From contig ML996701.1 in NCBI GenBank assembly GCA_010356995.1, positions 364,963-428,962 of the forward strand: a DNA stretch of 64,000 bases, written 5' to 3'. The stretch comes from Trichodelitschia bisporula. Its lineage: Eukaryota. Under the pieces are notes generated by a model. It did no database searches and was not told where the DNA came from. It was given only the letters and a program-made list of their open reading frames with translations. The position numbers and the translations under genes were made by a program. Positions 23,118 through 36,549 of this stretch are shown piece by piece (positions within the stretch are counted from its first letter, which is position 1; each line of letters opens with the position of its first letter).

Positions 23118-26100
23118 CCTCAGCCGTCGTCCTTGAAACACGATAGCAAAAAACCTTAACCCAACTGACTCCCCCACCAACCCCACCACCGTTTCCACCA
23201 CCCCAACCCCACCGCCGTTTCAAACCCCACCCTCCCCCAACGCCCATCAAACACAACCCGTTAGATCGCACCTCAGGATGGCGCGGCTCTGCGCGGCTCT
23301 GCCATCAGGGCCATCTCTCGCTCCTCCGCGTCGGTGATATGTGTGCGACAACAGCGCACGCGGTGCAGGATATTCTTAGATCGCCCATCCAAAGGCCAGA
23401 GGCCGATGACGTCTAGCGCCAGTCCCCGACCAGAAAGCTTGCGCGTCCCCACCGTGGGACAATCAGGCCCCGCCTTAGCAGGATCAAGCGTGCGTAGCCT
23501 GACGGGGCCGTAGAAACGTCCGTAGCTTGGCTGTTGGAGAAATTCCGCTTCTGCTTCAGTGCGCCGATCCCGCGTGGGAGGATACGTACCTTGTCCTGGT
23601 GGCCTTGCTCGAGGCTCGAGACTTCGCACTCAGCACGACTCAAGCTGCGGGCTAGCGAAAGCTTCGAGAAGCATACCCTCGAACCCCCGGACCCCCCTAC
23701 CCGCATCGCGACATCGGGACGGCGTCGCGGGCGGAGCGCGCGGGCGCTGCTGCTGACGCAAGCGCGACGTCGGGTGGGCGTGCGCGCGCTATTGGCTTTG
23801 ACGCTTCAAGCTCGGAGGTGGGCGAGGGGATGTGCAGATGGTTTTGCAGTGAGCAGCTACATACGGTACTGCGCGTATTCGTGATGGGTGGAGTGGTGCG
23901 GGGCAGCTGTAACGTTGACAACTGCGAGCTCCGCTTGCTTGCGTTATTTGCGCTTTGCTGCGGGTTTCCGCGGGTTGTGGGTCAGTGAAGTAATTGAGGG
24001 CGATTAATGGGAGAGATTTAGATCTACAAGAATCGTAGATATCTCCGGGAATATCAAGCTCAGCTCCCATCATCATTCTTTCAATGTCTACCGATCCGTA
24101 CGGATGTACATCTTCGAGTGAAGATACAGTAAGAAAGAAAATTCGACATCCTTCATCCCGAAACGCGCACCTCTCCGCTTGCGTGCGTGAGCACCGCCGC
24201 TTGGGTCGCCACCCGGACAGCCTGAAACCCGCGGATCTGAGACACGCGTGCTGTAACGTACCGGACTTGCCTCGCGCAGGCGGCGCGGGCGCTAAAATTA
24301 GCGAGGGCGGAGACGGCGTTCGTGGCTCAGCAGGGCTTGTGGGGCGCTGTGGATGGTGGGTGGGGGGTTTTTACTGGTGTCGAGGGTGACAGGGCTGGTC
24401 AGGAGTGCGGGGTGAGGCTGCGTGGGTTAAGGCTGTCAGTCTGGCAGATAGGTAAGTGATGATGGCAAGAATGGAGGCATGCTGGCTGTCGGACAACAGA
24501 ATAATGTCGACGGACTTCCGAAGGTATCACTCTCGACTTCCGTTCTCGGGGTTAATGTGCATGGTGGCGCCGGTGGTGGCTGCGGAATGGTGATGCGGGC
24601 GGGATTGCCATGGATGCCCTGCTTTGTTTCTTCGGTGCAAGGACTTCCGAATAGTGCAATTAGACTTCTGATTGATGCGCGGCATCCTGATATCTTATTC
24701 ACAGCGAACAATGGGGTTTGAGAATTGCGAGCGAGCGGAACAGTCAATTGCATGGTTAGATGATGAGAACTGCATCGTGTCCGCTGGGAGGATCGAAGCG
24801 ATGGCTGAGAGCGATCAATTAAATATAAAATCCCGTCGTTCTTGGGGCCTGTTATGTTTATGATGATGATAATAAAGCGGCCATTAGGATATCTGTCTGC
24901 CGCTTCATATATATTCACCGCGAAGACATGCCTTTCCCCGCTGTGTCTTCGATCGCCTTGTAGGAGATAGATACTGCCGATGGCTAGCGGCGACATTGAC
25001 GTCTGCACTGGCCCCCCGCTGGCCCGCCAGCAGCGGGATAGTGGTGGGCACGGCTTCCCTATCGCGCAAGCAAGCTTGGACTGGTCTATCGGGCAAAGAA
25101 ACGACATCAAGGGTCGCTTCACCACGGTGGATGGAAAGGAACCTTCCGTAGCCGGCCGTTTGGGAGACCACGAGAATTCGGCGGACGGTTGTTTTTCGTT
25201 CCATGTCCCGAGCGACGAGACTTCCGGAGATCCCGCGGCGTTTTCCATGCAACTTCTGCGACGTCAGTTTTGCAGGGGTGTCGGCGCCACAGAAGTTTGG
25301 AAGTTTTGAGGGAGAGAACGGATGTGTAGATAGGCGCGGTGGCTGGTAGACAAACCGTTGAAATGCAAAGCGCATGTCGCTACTTACTAAGTTTCTCCAA
25401 GCGAAGTGCTTCTCGGAGGCGATGCAAAGTGTCGATCGCGTTATCTCAACCGATGACGAGGGTTCCTGGCTTTGTATCCTGCTGTCAGCGACGAAGCGTG
25501 ACATTTGGTGAACCAGGCCACCCGTTGAACGTGGTCGTCAACCTCCTCGCCCACAACGGTGACCAGTATATCCCATTAATATCCAAATATTGTACCATGC
25601 CCGCATAAGGAACCGCCTTATGCTCCGAGCTGGCGTTGCGTTAAGCTTTGGGCAATGATCGACGGTAGAACAAGGCAGAGCAATTACTATGGCATTTGAA
25701 AGGCCGTCAAAGGGATCGGTCGGTCGGTCAATCAGTTTCGTTATGCCGTGCGCCGTCGTGTCCGCAGTCATCTTTAGATCTTATTCGGAAGCAGATGGGC
25801 AGCCCAGATGCTGCACCGCCTCGGAGCTGATGTGAGTACGCAGCATACGTGTCTAGGAGAGGTTGATGAGCGGTTTTCTTGGAGGCCGCGAGACGACAGG
25901 GGGAGCGACGCCGGGGGGCTGATATGAATGGCTTGATGGCTAATCGGGCTTGAGAATGTGGTGGTGTGGTTGAAGAGCGGGCCACTGCTGGGCACTGACG
26001 GCCAATAATGTGGCCAGTAACGGCAAGTCAACTCCCCTACTAGCTTGACTTCTTGGGTTGCTATCTGACTTTGTCGGGACCAGTGGCCCTTGGTGACACT

Positions 26101-26956
26101 GTCTAGAAGGGAAGAAAAGGCGGAAGGTAAACTGTTTAAGCAGCAACTGGTCAGTCCGTTAAGCCAGGGGGCCAGGTGTAGGCCTGCAACACCTTCAACA
26201 CATCCGGCGTGACAGAAAAGTCCAGAGGAGAGAAAGAGTTTACAGAGTCAAGCGAAGTTGCGAAGAGTCAAGATGGATAATAGGGAAGACGGTATATGTT
26301 ATGAAGGCTGGGATAGATAGATAGATGAAGATAAAGCCGTCGAGATGAGGCGAGGTGGTGATTAGAAGGGAAGAGGCGAAGATGGCGATAGCGAAATGCA
26401 TCCCTATATGCAAGCTGATATCCCATCCCATTCCAGCCATTCACGACTCTCACTTCTCTCTTTGCCATTCAGACTCTTGCACATTTAGCGCACAATTTCC
26501 CGGCCCAGCCCACTCTAGAGTCTGCACAAGAGCTGCGCGGTGCTGCCAAAGCGCACTAATTGGTCACTCCTTCCCTCCGTAGTAAAAGCCTCCCGGCATA
26601 TCCACCATGAAGCCCCCCAGTCACAAATCGTAATCCACCAGAATCTACTTACAGGCTCCCTCTCTCTCCTTCTTCACTTTCTTTGGGCACACAGACCGCG
26701 AATCTTCTCTACCCTCTCCCCTCTACCCATACATCCCCTAGTTTATCGTTGCACGTTATATCGACACGTTCCCTCTCCCCCTCCTGCAATCCTTCGCAAC
26801 GAACTCGGTTCCTCTTTCTCTTTGATCCTTGTTCGCGCGCACCTCCGTCCTTCCGTTCACACTTGCACTTCCGGTCACTCCTTTGATCGCGGCTCCGACT
26901 TAATACACCACCCTTCCCTCGAAACTCGGACGATTCTTCACGACGGCGCCGCTAAG

Positions 26957-28247
26957 ATGATGACCTTTCGTCGAGCCATCGTGCTCGCAGCCCTGCTCCT
27001 TACCTTCATCTTCATCCTGCGCACCTCACATAATGATAAGCGGATACGCAGCGCCGATCAGCTTCCCAAACCGAAGGGCGTGGACACCTCGCACTTCCAC
27101 TTTTCTTCCGATGAGCACGCGAAGAAGGGTCCACCAGCACCCCAGGCAACGGCCAGCTACCCTTCCATCATCGACACGGAGGCTGTCGCTATCCCGCCGT
27201 CTCGCAAGCTGAGCACGCAGATCTCGCTCTCCGACCTCCGCACCCAGCCCCTGCGTACTCAGCTTGAGTACCTGTTCCCATACGACCCGCTCTCAAAGTT
27301 CCCAGCATACATTTGGCAGACATGGAAGACTACACCTTCGTCGGGTCAGTTCGAGGAGGCGTTCCGCGAGCCTGAGGCTAGCTGGACCATTCAGCATCCG
27401 ACATTCATCCACGAGGTGATCACGGATGATGTAGCGGTTCATCTTCTGCGTCACTTGTACTCGTCTGTGCCCGAGGTTGTCGAGGCCTATCTCGCGCTGC
27501 CCCTGCCCGTGCTTAAGGCTGACTTCTTCCGCTACTTGATCCTGCTTGCGCGCGGTGGCATCTACTCTGACATTGACACCTCTGCGCTGCGCTCGGCTAT
27601 CGACTGGGTTCCTGCGGAGGTCCCTCGCTCATCATACGGTCTGGTTATTGGCATTGAGGCGGATCCTGACCGTGAGGACTGGGCCGATTGGTACAGCCGC
27701 CGCATCCAGTTCTGCCAGTGGACCATCCAGTCGAAGCCGGGACATCCGGTCCTACGCCACATCGTCGCCAACATCACCTCTGAGACACTGAAACGCCAGG
27801 CCGAGGGCCGTCTGACGACGGACCACAAGAATATCATCGAGTTCACTGGCCCCGCGCTGTGGACGGACACCATATTCGACTACTTCAATGATCCTGAGTA
27901 CTTTGACACCGCGAATAAGGGCAATGTCACGTGGCACCAGTTCACTGGCATGAAGTCAGCGAAGAAGGTCGGCGATGTGGTTGTGCTGCCAATCACCAGC
28001 TTCAGCCCTGGAGTTAGGCAGATGGGTGCCGGGGAGGACGATGATCCAATGGCCTATGTGAAGCACAACTTCGAGGGTGAGCTACACTTGCACCTGGTCT
28101 AGTTGCACGCGAGCGGGTTCTCGCCGCTGCGACTGGATCATTTCCGGGCAAACACCTCAAATTAAATTTGTGCTGACCATCCTCTCAGGCACCTGGAAGC
28201 CCGAGCACCTGCGGCACATCGGCGAGCAGCAGCAGGAGTGGTCTTGA
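26957..28247 (+). CDS. OCH1: Initiation-specific alpha-1,6-mannosyltransferase (GT32), 2 exons
   Basis: N-terminal type II anchor, FPAYIWQTWK, KADFFRYLILLARGGIYSDID (DxD), RRIQFCQWTIQSKPGHP and VLPITSFSPG. Last exon GTWKPE...*. Confidence 0.95.
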
Positions 28248-30356
28248 ACGACTTCGTCTGCAGCTACCCTTTGTGCATTTCATTTTCCGACCACGGCGGC
28301 GCTGGAAGCTCCGGTTTCCTTCATGACCAACGAATAATAGACTTGATTTGGCTCCGCTGATACCCCGATTTGCGGCGCTCGACGGCGCGCTACAATCTGC
28401 ATTCCGGACTTGTTTGAGATACATTTACATCTGGCGCCTTCTCCCAACGTCGTTCAAGTGCTGAACTGGGAGCGATTTTTTCTTTTTGCGGAGGGTAACC
28501 GGGGCATACCATTCTGTTGAATTTCCTCGGAGTGTCATTTTCATGGGAACTGGACACCAAAAAAAGATGCGGCACAGCTCATTTCCTTTGTGCGTGCGGG
28601 CGGGGTACATCATCTCGAGGTGGTCAGTTCTACTTGTTTGTATGTAACACAGAACAGGCGTTTGAACCGGGCATATGGGAGGCTAGGATTCGAGGCGTTT
28701 TTGTTCATCTCGAACAGGCTACATTGTTTTCTTTGTCAGTTGTACGGGTGCGACCAGACATGTGCGTGGCAATGGTTGCCCGGGCGTGTACATATGGGTC
28801 CTGGGTACATTTTCTGCACATCCTACTGGAGTAGAGCGTGGTGTCAGGAAAATGAAGTGCTTTGATCTGAACGGATCTTGATCGCCGGCTCTCGGATCTC
28901 TAGTCTAGTCTCTGCTTGTGTCAAGAAATGGACTGGAGCGTTTGACTGGCGAAGCTGTCGCGTGAACTTGCCCCGCCAGAGGTGACCCTTACGGCCGATG
29001 TTGAAATCCGGGACCGTGAGTTTGGACGTGACCCTGGATCAAGAACCGCGGACGTGGACTCATGTCCTAAACGGGTCGGCGAAACGTGCCCTATCCACAA
29101 TATCTACCGGCAGATGCCCACATCGCCGCATCGAGCTTCGTTATGGAGGAGCCTACTATCCGCATTTTGAAGCCACGTTTAGCGGGCATTGGTGCCATAT
29201 CGGTACGTCGTTACATAGCAGTGTTCGCTTCGGCGATCCACCAACGTCATCGTTGTTGGAGATGGGATTATGCTTGCGTATGGGTGTTTCGCCAAGGGAC
29301 GGCTACTTACCGTAGTAGTGAATGAGGGGATTTCTCAAACTGTAGCTGCTTGGCAGGGCTATGATGGGATTGTGAGTTTCGGCATCTCGGTCAGTCTTTA
29401 GCTCGGTCTTGGTGTTGGCGAGTTGGCGTGCGATTGATGGGCGGACGGTGTGACATGATCAGCCGTGGGAAAAAGCCGTGTACTTCACATACGATATTTG
29501 GTGATGGACATAAGTCAAGGATGATAGGCAGGGGCAAGGTGAGGCGGTCGCACGAGGAAGGGATCGTCAGGTACGCACATGTCCCGCTGGCTAGGGAAGG
29601 AGCCGCGGTTACCAACGCGGCTGCGGGTTGGCTATGGGATGTGGTTGGGGTTCGACACAGGGCAGAGGTTGCGATTGAGATGTCTGGATCACTGATCTGA
29701 TGCTGAGGTGGGGTTTGAGAGCATATTGCCGCATCTTCTGCCGTGACTGTTTCACGCAGCTGCCCCGGGCCGCGAATCGCAGGACAGCGAGGATCGTGAT
29801 GCGCCGTCCTGGGACGCCGCAGTTCGGGAACAGCGGGTCTCTTCTCGGCACACCGATATCTGCAGCCGTGGAAGGTGATCGCGGCTCTCTCCTTTCATTT
29901 GGATCGAGACCGCATGTCCTACCATCCGTGCCGAGTGCGGGGATTGCACCCCGTCACAGACAGTGTGTGTCGCAGAGTGTGTAGCTCGCAGAGTATGTAT
30001 CATCCCGTTCCCCTGCCTGCGACTCGCCACAGCTTCTGTCTCTTTTTGCGAAGAAGGGAAGCGAGACTGTACATCGGATTAGAGTTCGATCGGCATACCC
30101 CGGTCCCTGATGGTCTGGCTGGGGATCGTGGATCGTCGGTCTTGGCATGAGGCGGCGCGGGACGGCGGCGGGTGTGGCGTGGATGGGAAACGGGTTGGAT
30201 CATGGATTTGCGGAAGTGCGTCCGGTGCTTGACGGCCAGGGGCTATGACTCTGACACGATGAAGAAAAGGGACGGAGCAGGATGCATGGGACACAAAACT
30301 GGAATCATCGCGTAAACCGACAGATATCCTTCCACCCATCAACCTTCCAGGCTCCA

Positions 30357-32158
30357 TCACCAGTTCTCCCACACCGCATCCGGCAACACCGTCCTCATAA
30401 TCCGCCAATGCCGTCCCGCAGCCTCGCGATGCCACTTCTCGATAACCTGCTCGCCCCCGCGATGAAGAATAAGCTCCTCCGGCTTACCATACTTGGCCTC
30501 TCCGCCCTTAAGCTCCGGTAGCACGATTTCCAGTGACGCCGGGGGCGGCACGAATTGCGCGCGGCTCAGGCTGCCGAGGTGATCGCGTGGAACGGCGCGC
30601 CGGAAGGTGAGTGGCCGGTCGAGGTGCGGCGTGCAGAAGACTACCATATTGATGAAGGTGGTGTCTGATTCGGACTCGGACGTGTCGCGGTAGTGCCGGC
30701 AGGTGGGGAAGACTGCGTTTATGGTGCGCAAGACGATATGTGGTGGGGGAAGGGCCATGTCTCCGGCGTAGTTCTGGCTCTGTTAGCATGAATGGGGTAC
30801 CGGGAATGCGGGGCGCATACGATCGCAATTACGCCATCGTCTTTTAGCAGCGCGGCCAGACTGGTGAGGAATTCGAACGTAAAGAGCGCAGTGGGCTCGG
30901 CGCCGCCGGTGAATACGTCGTGGATGATGAAGTCATATGACTTGGGATGCTCAGCTGCGGCGGAGGTCACGAAGGGTACGGCGTCCTCGATCACAGCAGT
31001 ATGGTTCGCCAGCAGGTCGAAATACTGTGTCGCGTAGTAGTGCACCATGGGATCGAGCTCGACGATTGTCGTGTTGATACCGTGGGCAATGAAGGCGCTA
31101 GGGGAGGTACCAACTCCAAGGCCACTGGAGGAATGAGTACGAGCAGAGTGAAAGTGATGGGCTTACATGAATAGCGCACTATTCTCCGCGTCAGCCTTGG
31201 GGGTCTCACGCTCAACAAGTCGTACGGATTCCAGCATCGTAAAAACCGAGTAGATGGTTTCCTTGCGCGTCTGTCCAATCTCCGCTCGCTCGGGTGTCAC
31301 ATCCCACTCCCCACCTAGCAGGCTGTGGTCGCAGCGCATCACGCGGAACTTGTCGTTGTTGCCCTCCAGTACGGAGATGTACCCTGTCACCGAGTCCTGG
31401 CGCGCGAGTAGCGTGAAGTTTTGCTCCGCCAGTGTGCGGTTGAGGGCCTTGATCGCATAATGTGAGTTGTAATGCGGGTTAGCGAACATGGTGTGCAGCA
31501 TTGAGGGCAGAGGTATTAGCAGGAACGGCGAGCGGCAGAGGCCGGCGTAGAGCGAGGCTATCAAGAGTTGCAGGCCGGAGCGAGTGAAGAAGTCGGTTGT
31601 GCCCATGACGTGCGGCAGGGAGAGCCGGACCAACTTCTCGGAAAAGGAAAAGGGGACGTAGCAGAAGATACCAGGGGCAGCTTCTGCAAACGTTGGGCCG
31701 AGCCGGCTAAAGTCGAGGTCGTCCACGAGAATCGCCGTTGCCGAGAAGACCATAAAGAGCAACGGGTAAAATGTCAGAAGCTCGGTCACCAGCGGTCCAT
31801 ACGTAGGTCCAAGGTACGAACTGCCTTTGAAGAGACCCCATTGAAAGGTGATCATCCAGAAAGCCTGGATGGGAATGTACTGGTGGATGTTGGTAGGGAC
31901 ATATCGCTTTAGGGACGTGCGGGATATCATGAGCGCTGCAAGAGCGGTTATGGTGACACCTTGCTGATGAAAGGTAGCAGCCGGAATCGAGCCGTACACG
32001 GGCGAGAGGTTGTACTGCGATGCCGTCGATGCCACAGCGGCAAGCAGAAGGTAGGCGACTGTTTTGCTCAGCGTGTGCCATTTTGGCGGCGGTGGAGATG
32101 GAGATGGAGGTTCTTGAGTTGGCTTCGGAGCTGTCGTCCTTTTCGATGGGCCAGCCAT
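30357..32158 (-). CDS. Spermidine/spermine synthase-like SAM-dependent transferase with N-terminal TM region, 3 exons
   Basis: RVMRCDHSLLGGEW, GLGVGTS, TIVELDP, YDFIIHDVFTGG and NYAGD. Hydrophobic N-terminal half. Confidence 0.88.
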
Positions 32159-32595
32159 CTTTTTTTTGACGATGTGGTTTCTAGTATGGAAAACAGAAAA
32201 CGGTACGGAGCAATTCCCAGCTCGTCAAAGCATCAATGAAGTCGTGTGGTCGATAAAAAGTGGGACCTATCGTAGGTTAGCCTTGAGCGGTTCAGCTGCG
32301 ATGACGTCGCGCCTACGGCCTGTATGAAGAACAGCTCTACGAAACCAAGACCAGCCCAGAATTGAAGATAAAGATGCTATCAAAATTATCTGATTGCTGT
32401 TGATGGAGGCCAGGTCACGACGGGATGAAACCCGATGGCGCGGCTGCAGGTTCAGACGCAAGGCGTGTCATTGGCGAACAGCCGCCCGAGGCCATCAACC
32501 TCCCTGGGCGTCTCTGTCATCCGCCTCCGCCTTCGCCTTTGTCGCCGCATTCCGCCTTCGAGCGTCAGCTTCAATCTACAACCACCATCATCGCC

Positions 32596-33243
32596 ATGCC
32601 GTACTTCCATACCCGCACCGTACCCATCATGGAATCCAACACAGAAGGCCAATCCAGAGAATCCTACACCCCCCCCCAAGCCGAACGGGATTCCTTAGGA
32701 GCCACCACGCCTACCCGTATCCGCGTCAAGAACCGACGTAAGCGCTACCTCGACGTCCATCCGGACTACTTCAGCGCCTCGCTTGAGCTCGCGGACCCGC
32801 TCCTCTACGACCGTCTCGTGCGCCGCTTTCAAACACCGGCGGAGCGTGAGGCCGAGGGTCGCGAAAAGGGATACTCAGGTGTGCTCGAGGCCGACCTGCT
32901 CCGCTCAGAGGCGAAACTCGATGCGCTCGCGAATCCAGATCCGCACGCCTTGTTTACGTACCGGCGCGGTGAGGACGGTGAGATAATAGCTGAAGACACT
33001 GAGGATGTGCCACAGAACAAGGAGGAAGGGTGGCGGCGATGGCGCGACGAAATGGAGATGCGGTTCCTGCGGGGCGAAGATGAGGATTTTGATTATAAAA
33101 GTGTGGATGAGAACGAGGAGTATGATGACCGAGCTGAGGAGGAGCGCGAGGCGCACGAGAAGTACTTTGGCGAGGAGGAGCCCAGCTGGATCCTCGAGGA
33201 GGGTGGGACTCCCGAGGGCGAAACTGGAGTTCAAGACTTTTGA
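32596..33243 (+). CDS. CCDC97-like (DUF2052) protein
   Basis: KNRRKRYL, LELADPLLYDRLVRRFQT, and MEMRFLRGEDEDFDYKSVDENEEYDD acidic C-terminus. Confidence 0.82.
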   Translation: MPYFHTRTVPIMESNTEGQSRESYTPPQAERDSLGATTPTRIRVKNRRKRYLDVHPDYFSASLELADPLLYDRLVRRFQTPAEREAEGREKGYSGVLEADLLRSEAKLDALANPDPHALFTYRRGEDGEIIAEDTEDVPQNKEEGWRRWRDEMEMRFLRGEDEDFDYKSVDENEEYDDRAEEEREAHEKYFGEEEPSWILEEGGTPEGETGVQDF

Positions 33244-33687
33244 CCGGCCTAATGTTCGTCGCCATGGCAAGAGCCTATAACCGCCTTTTCAGGCGACTTA
33301 CCACATAGCAGGGTCCCACTGAGCTGCTCGCTCCCCAGACGCCAGTCTGCAACTCTGAAGTTACTCCACAAGCAGCTCCAGAGATTCCTTCAGAGATCTT
33401 ATATTGGGTACAGACTAGTGCCGCCTCCGCGTCCCCTCGTGGCTCATGGAAGGGTGCCGAACAAGGACTCAAATGATGTACGGTACAGCTGTCTTCACCA
33501 GCTTTAATAGCTCCGAATCAATCACTAGCGAATGACTAACGCCAGCATGCTCCTCGCGAATTTGTCCTCAGAAATTCTGGCATCATTTATTGGCGGACCC
33601 CGTAAGGACAGCAGCGCTCGCAGTCGAGGTGACGTTTTCAACTCGACCCCTTCATCACCAGAAACAGCCGAAAGTTTTTCATCAAAC

Positions 33688-33795
33688 GGCCGTGTGGCGT
33701 AATGGCAACGCGTCTGACTACGATTATTCATCCCATCTAGCTTGGGTTGAGTACATGTGATCAGGAGATTGCAGGTTCGACCCCTGCCTCGGTCA
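33688..33795 (+). tRNA. tRNA-Arg (anticodon ACG) with 36-nt intron (33724-33759)
   Basis: GGCCGTG acceptor stem, TGGCGTAATGG A-box, TCTGA-CT-ACG-A|intron|A-TCAGG anticodon arm and GGTTCGACCC B-box. Followed by a T-run Pol III terminator at about 33801. Confidence 0.93.
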
Positions 33796-34005
33796 TTATC
33801 TTTTTGCGCTTTTCATGTTCCGGAAACGCAGCTGTGGACCATAAGTCAATTACAGTTTGCTTGGTTTCTCATGTTTGTCGGGGGATATCAACAAGGGACC
33901 ACAACCAAGGCCTTTAGAGACTCAAGCTGATATCTGATTTAAGTAGGCTACAAGACCCCTGCACCTTACGCCGTGCGAGGTACTCCGATGAAAATGCAAG
34001 ATGCT

Positions 34006-34902
34006 TTACTTTCCGTGAACGAAGACACGGCTCTCAACCGGGGTCTTCTGCTCTTTCGGAGCCGGAGCTTCGTTACTAGCACGCCCACCGAACACCAGCT
34101 GCGCTCTCAGAGCCCACTCCTGTGGAATGTTCCAGTAATTCTGAGCCTTCTGGTCGATAACCGGGTTATACTAGTGCGGTTAGATATGCCGACACCACGA
34201 GAATGGCAACTTACGTGCTGTAGATTGGCGCCAAAGCCCTCAGCCTCCAGAGCAGTCCAAAGATGGATCTGGTGCATCGCCGAGGTGTGCTCGCTCCAGA
34301 CAGGGAAGTGCTCAGCGTAGAGCGGGAAGGCCTGCTTGAGCGCGTCGACTGGCGCGGGGTCTTCGAAGAAGAGGATCTAATGGGTGTTAGTGCTCGTTCC
34401 ACAAGTTTGCCCAATCAGGTGTCCCTACCGTGCCGTAACCCGCACGGAACGTATTGAGACGCTGCTCAGTCTTCGGGAACTGATCCTCGGGAACTTGGGG
34501 TCTCAGAACCTCCTTGACGAAGTCCCAGAACCGCTCGTGCTCTTCCTTGAGGAGAACCACGAGGCGTGCCGACTGGCTGTTGAATGAAGAAGGAGTATTG
34601 AGGACGACATCCTTGACGATTTCTTCGATGCGCTCATCGGAGATAGGTGCCTTGTTGTTCAGGGCATAGATAGTGCGACGAGCCTTGACAGCGTCCAGGT
34701 AAGCGGAGGAAGATGCCATAGTGCTAGTGGAGGAGAAGGTACGTAATGAAGAGTTGAGGTGGAAGTGGTTACCGGGGAAGGTATGGTTTCTGGATTTCGG
34801 AATGGCAAACAGGCGGCGGGACGCGACTAAAGTACTCGAAACGGGTTGACGGATCGGGAGGTTGCGACCGATCGCAGTTTTTAGCTGTAGGCGCGAGGCC
34901 AT
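34006..34902 (-). CDS. Nitroreductase family protein (Frm2/Hbn1-like), 3 exons; second in-frame ATG at 34719
   Basis: ARRTIYAL, TPSSFNSQSARLVVL, WTALEAEGFGANLQHYNP and WALRAQLVFG. TAA at 34006-34008. Confidence 0.92.
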
Positions 34903-35620
34903 TGCGTTTATTGCTGGGGTGTATTCCTTCACTGCAAAGGTTCGCCAGCGGATTTTGATATTTGAAATCGGCTGTACCCAAAGCGTATGATAAAGGAAGA
35001 TATGGATCTTTGGTGTTGCTTAACAATACAGCTGCGGATGCGGAAGTATGAGCACCCGAGACAAAAATCCGAATTTCCAATGCTCCTCATTCACGCCAGC
35101 TTCCACCGCCATAGTCTTGCGCCCGCCATTCGCGGGTGTCCTAGTGCGTAACTCCGTAGCTTACTACGTAGCTATGATGTAAGCCCATTGAGGTCAGAGA
35201 TAACTGCAAGGGGAAACAAAGCCCTGCAGCTCGGAGTGGCACCAGCCGCATCCGAGGGTCAAATTATTAAGCATCGGGACGTAGCACTGGGAGTAAGTCT
35301 CCATCTCGGCTTATAAAGGTAACAATGCGGCGTCCTTACTTGTCTCTGGCATTCTAGTCGGCATATGCAGCAAAATGTACGAAAATCCTGTTCCAAGTGC
35401 AAAAGCGTCGTTGTCGTCGTCGTCGCGTGCTTTATGGATGCTTGAGTCGCCATGATTGGTCAGTCATATCGCAAGGTGTGTGCACGCAGCCGGAATGGAA
35501 AAACTCTCTCCGAGAGCTGCGCATCCCATGACGCAGGCGTCTACTTGCCACCTCTTCCCCTCATCGGGTCGTCCTCTACGGCGCATCTCTACCACCTCCA
35601 TCGACACCAAAGCGGATAAC

Positions 35621-36549
35621 ATGGCGGCAAGCACCAAGTATCAGCCCGCGCCCCAGCGCGACTCATTCGACGAGCCCGGCTATTCCCAAGCGCCACCTTC
35701 CTACCAGGCGGAGAGCGCTCACGCGGCCTTGCTTGGAGCTCCGCGCACCGAGAATGACAACCTTCCGGACGACTTCAAGGTAGGGACCTCGGGGAAGATG
35801 TGCTCGATCTAGCCACTAACCCTTCAGTTTGGCGGGGTCGTCGCCGAAGCGACGCTCGACATCCGCATGCAGTTTGTCCGGAAGGTCTATGCCATCCTGT
35901 AAGCGCCTCCTTCTAGGTCAAGCTGTCCACGAACTGTGTCTAACATAATATTAGAGCTGTTCAGCTACTTGCAACCTGCGCCCTGAGCGCCGTGTCCTTC
36001 TTCAGTGCAGGCTACAAGAGCTGGATCCAGACGAACCCGTGGCTCCTCTGGGTCTCGTTCCTCGGCTCGTTCGGGTTCATGCTCCTCACGTTTTGGAAGC
36101 GCAAGTCGTACCCGACCAACCTCTTGTTTCTCGCTGCCTTCACAGCCACAGAAGCTTACACGATCTCCGTCATCACGTCCTTCTACAACGCCTCAATCGT
36201 GCTAGAAGCCCTCGTGTTCACACTCGGCATCTTCGTTGCGCTTACGCTCTTCGCCTGCCAGTCCAAGTACGACTTCACTGCATGGCAACCATACCTCATT
36301 GGCGCGCTATGGGTTGCAATCCTATTCAGCCTGATGCTCATGTTCTTCCCCTATAACCAGAAGGTTGATCTCGCCTACGGTATCGTCATTGCATTGATCT
36401 TCAGTGTGTACATCTTGGTGGACACACAGTTGATAATGAGGCACTCCCACGTTGAGGAGGAGATTGCCGCGGCCATCTCGCTCTACCTGGACATCATCAA
36501 CCTTTTCCTTGCGATCCTGCGGATCCTCAACAGCCAGAACAACAACTAG
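35621..36549 (+). CDS. BXI1: Bax inhibitor-1/TMBIM family protein, 3 exons
   Basis: PDDFK/FGG..IRMQFVRKVYAIL, KRKSYPTNLLFL, YILVDTQLIM and EEIAAAISLYLDIINLFLAILRIL. Confidence 0.93.

Noticed and set aside
26540..26956. Long N-terminal extension of the OCH1 ORF in the ORF track
   Set aside because: CT-rich 5'UTR-like sequence from a non-ATG start. The type II anchor begins at ATG 26957. The same applies to the listed extensions of HET (2406) and RO10 (11257).
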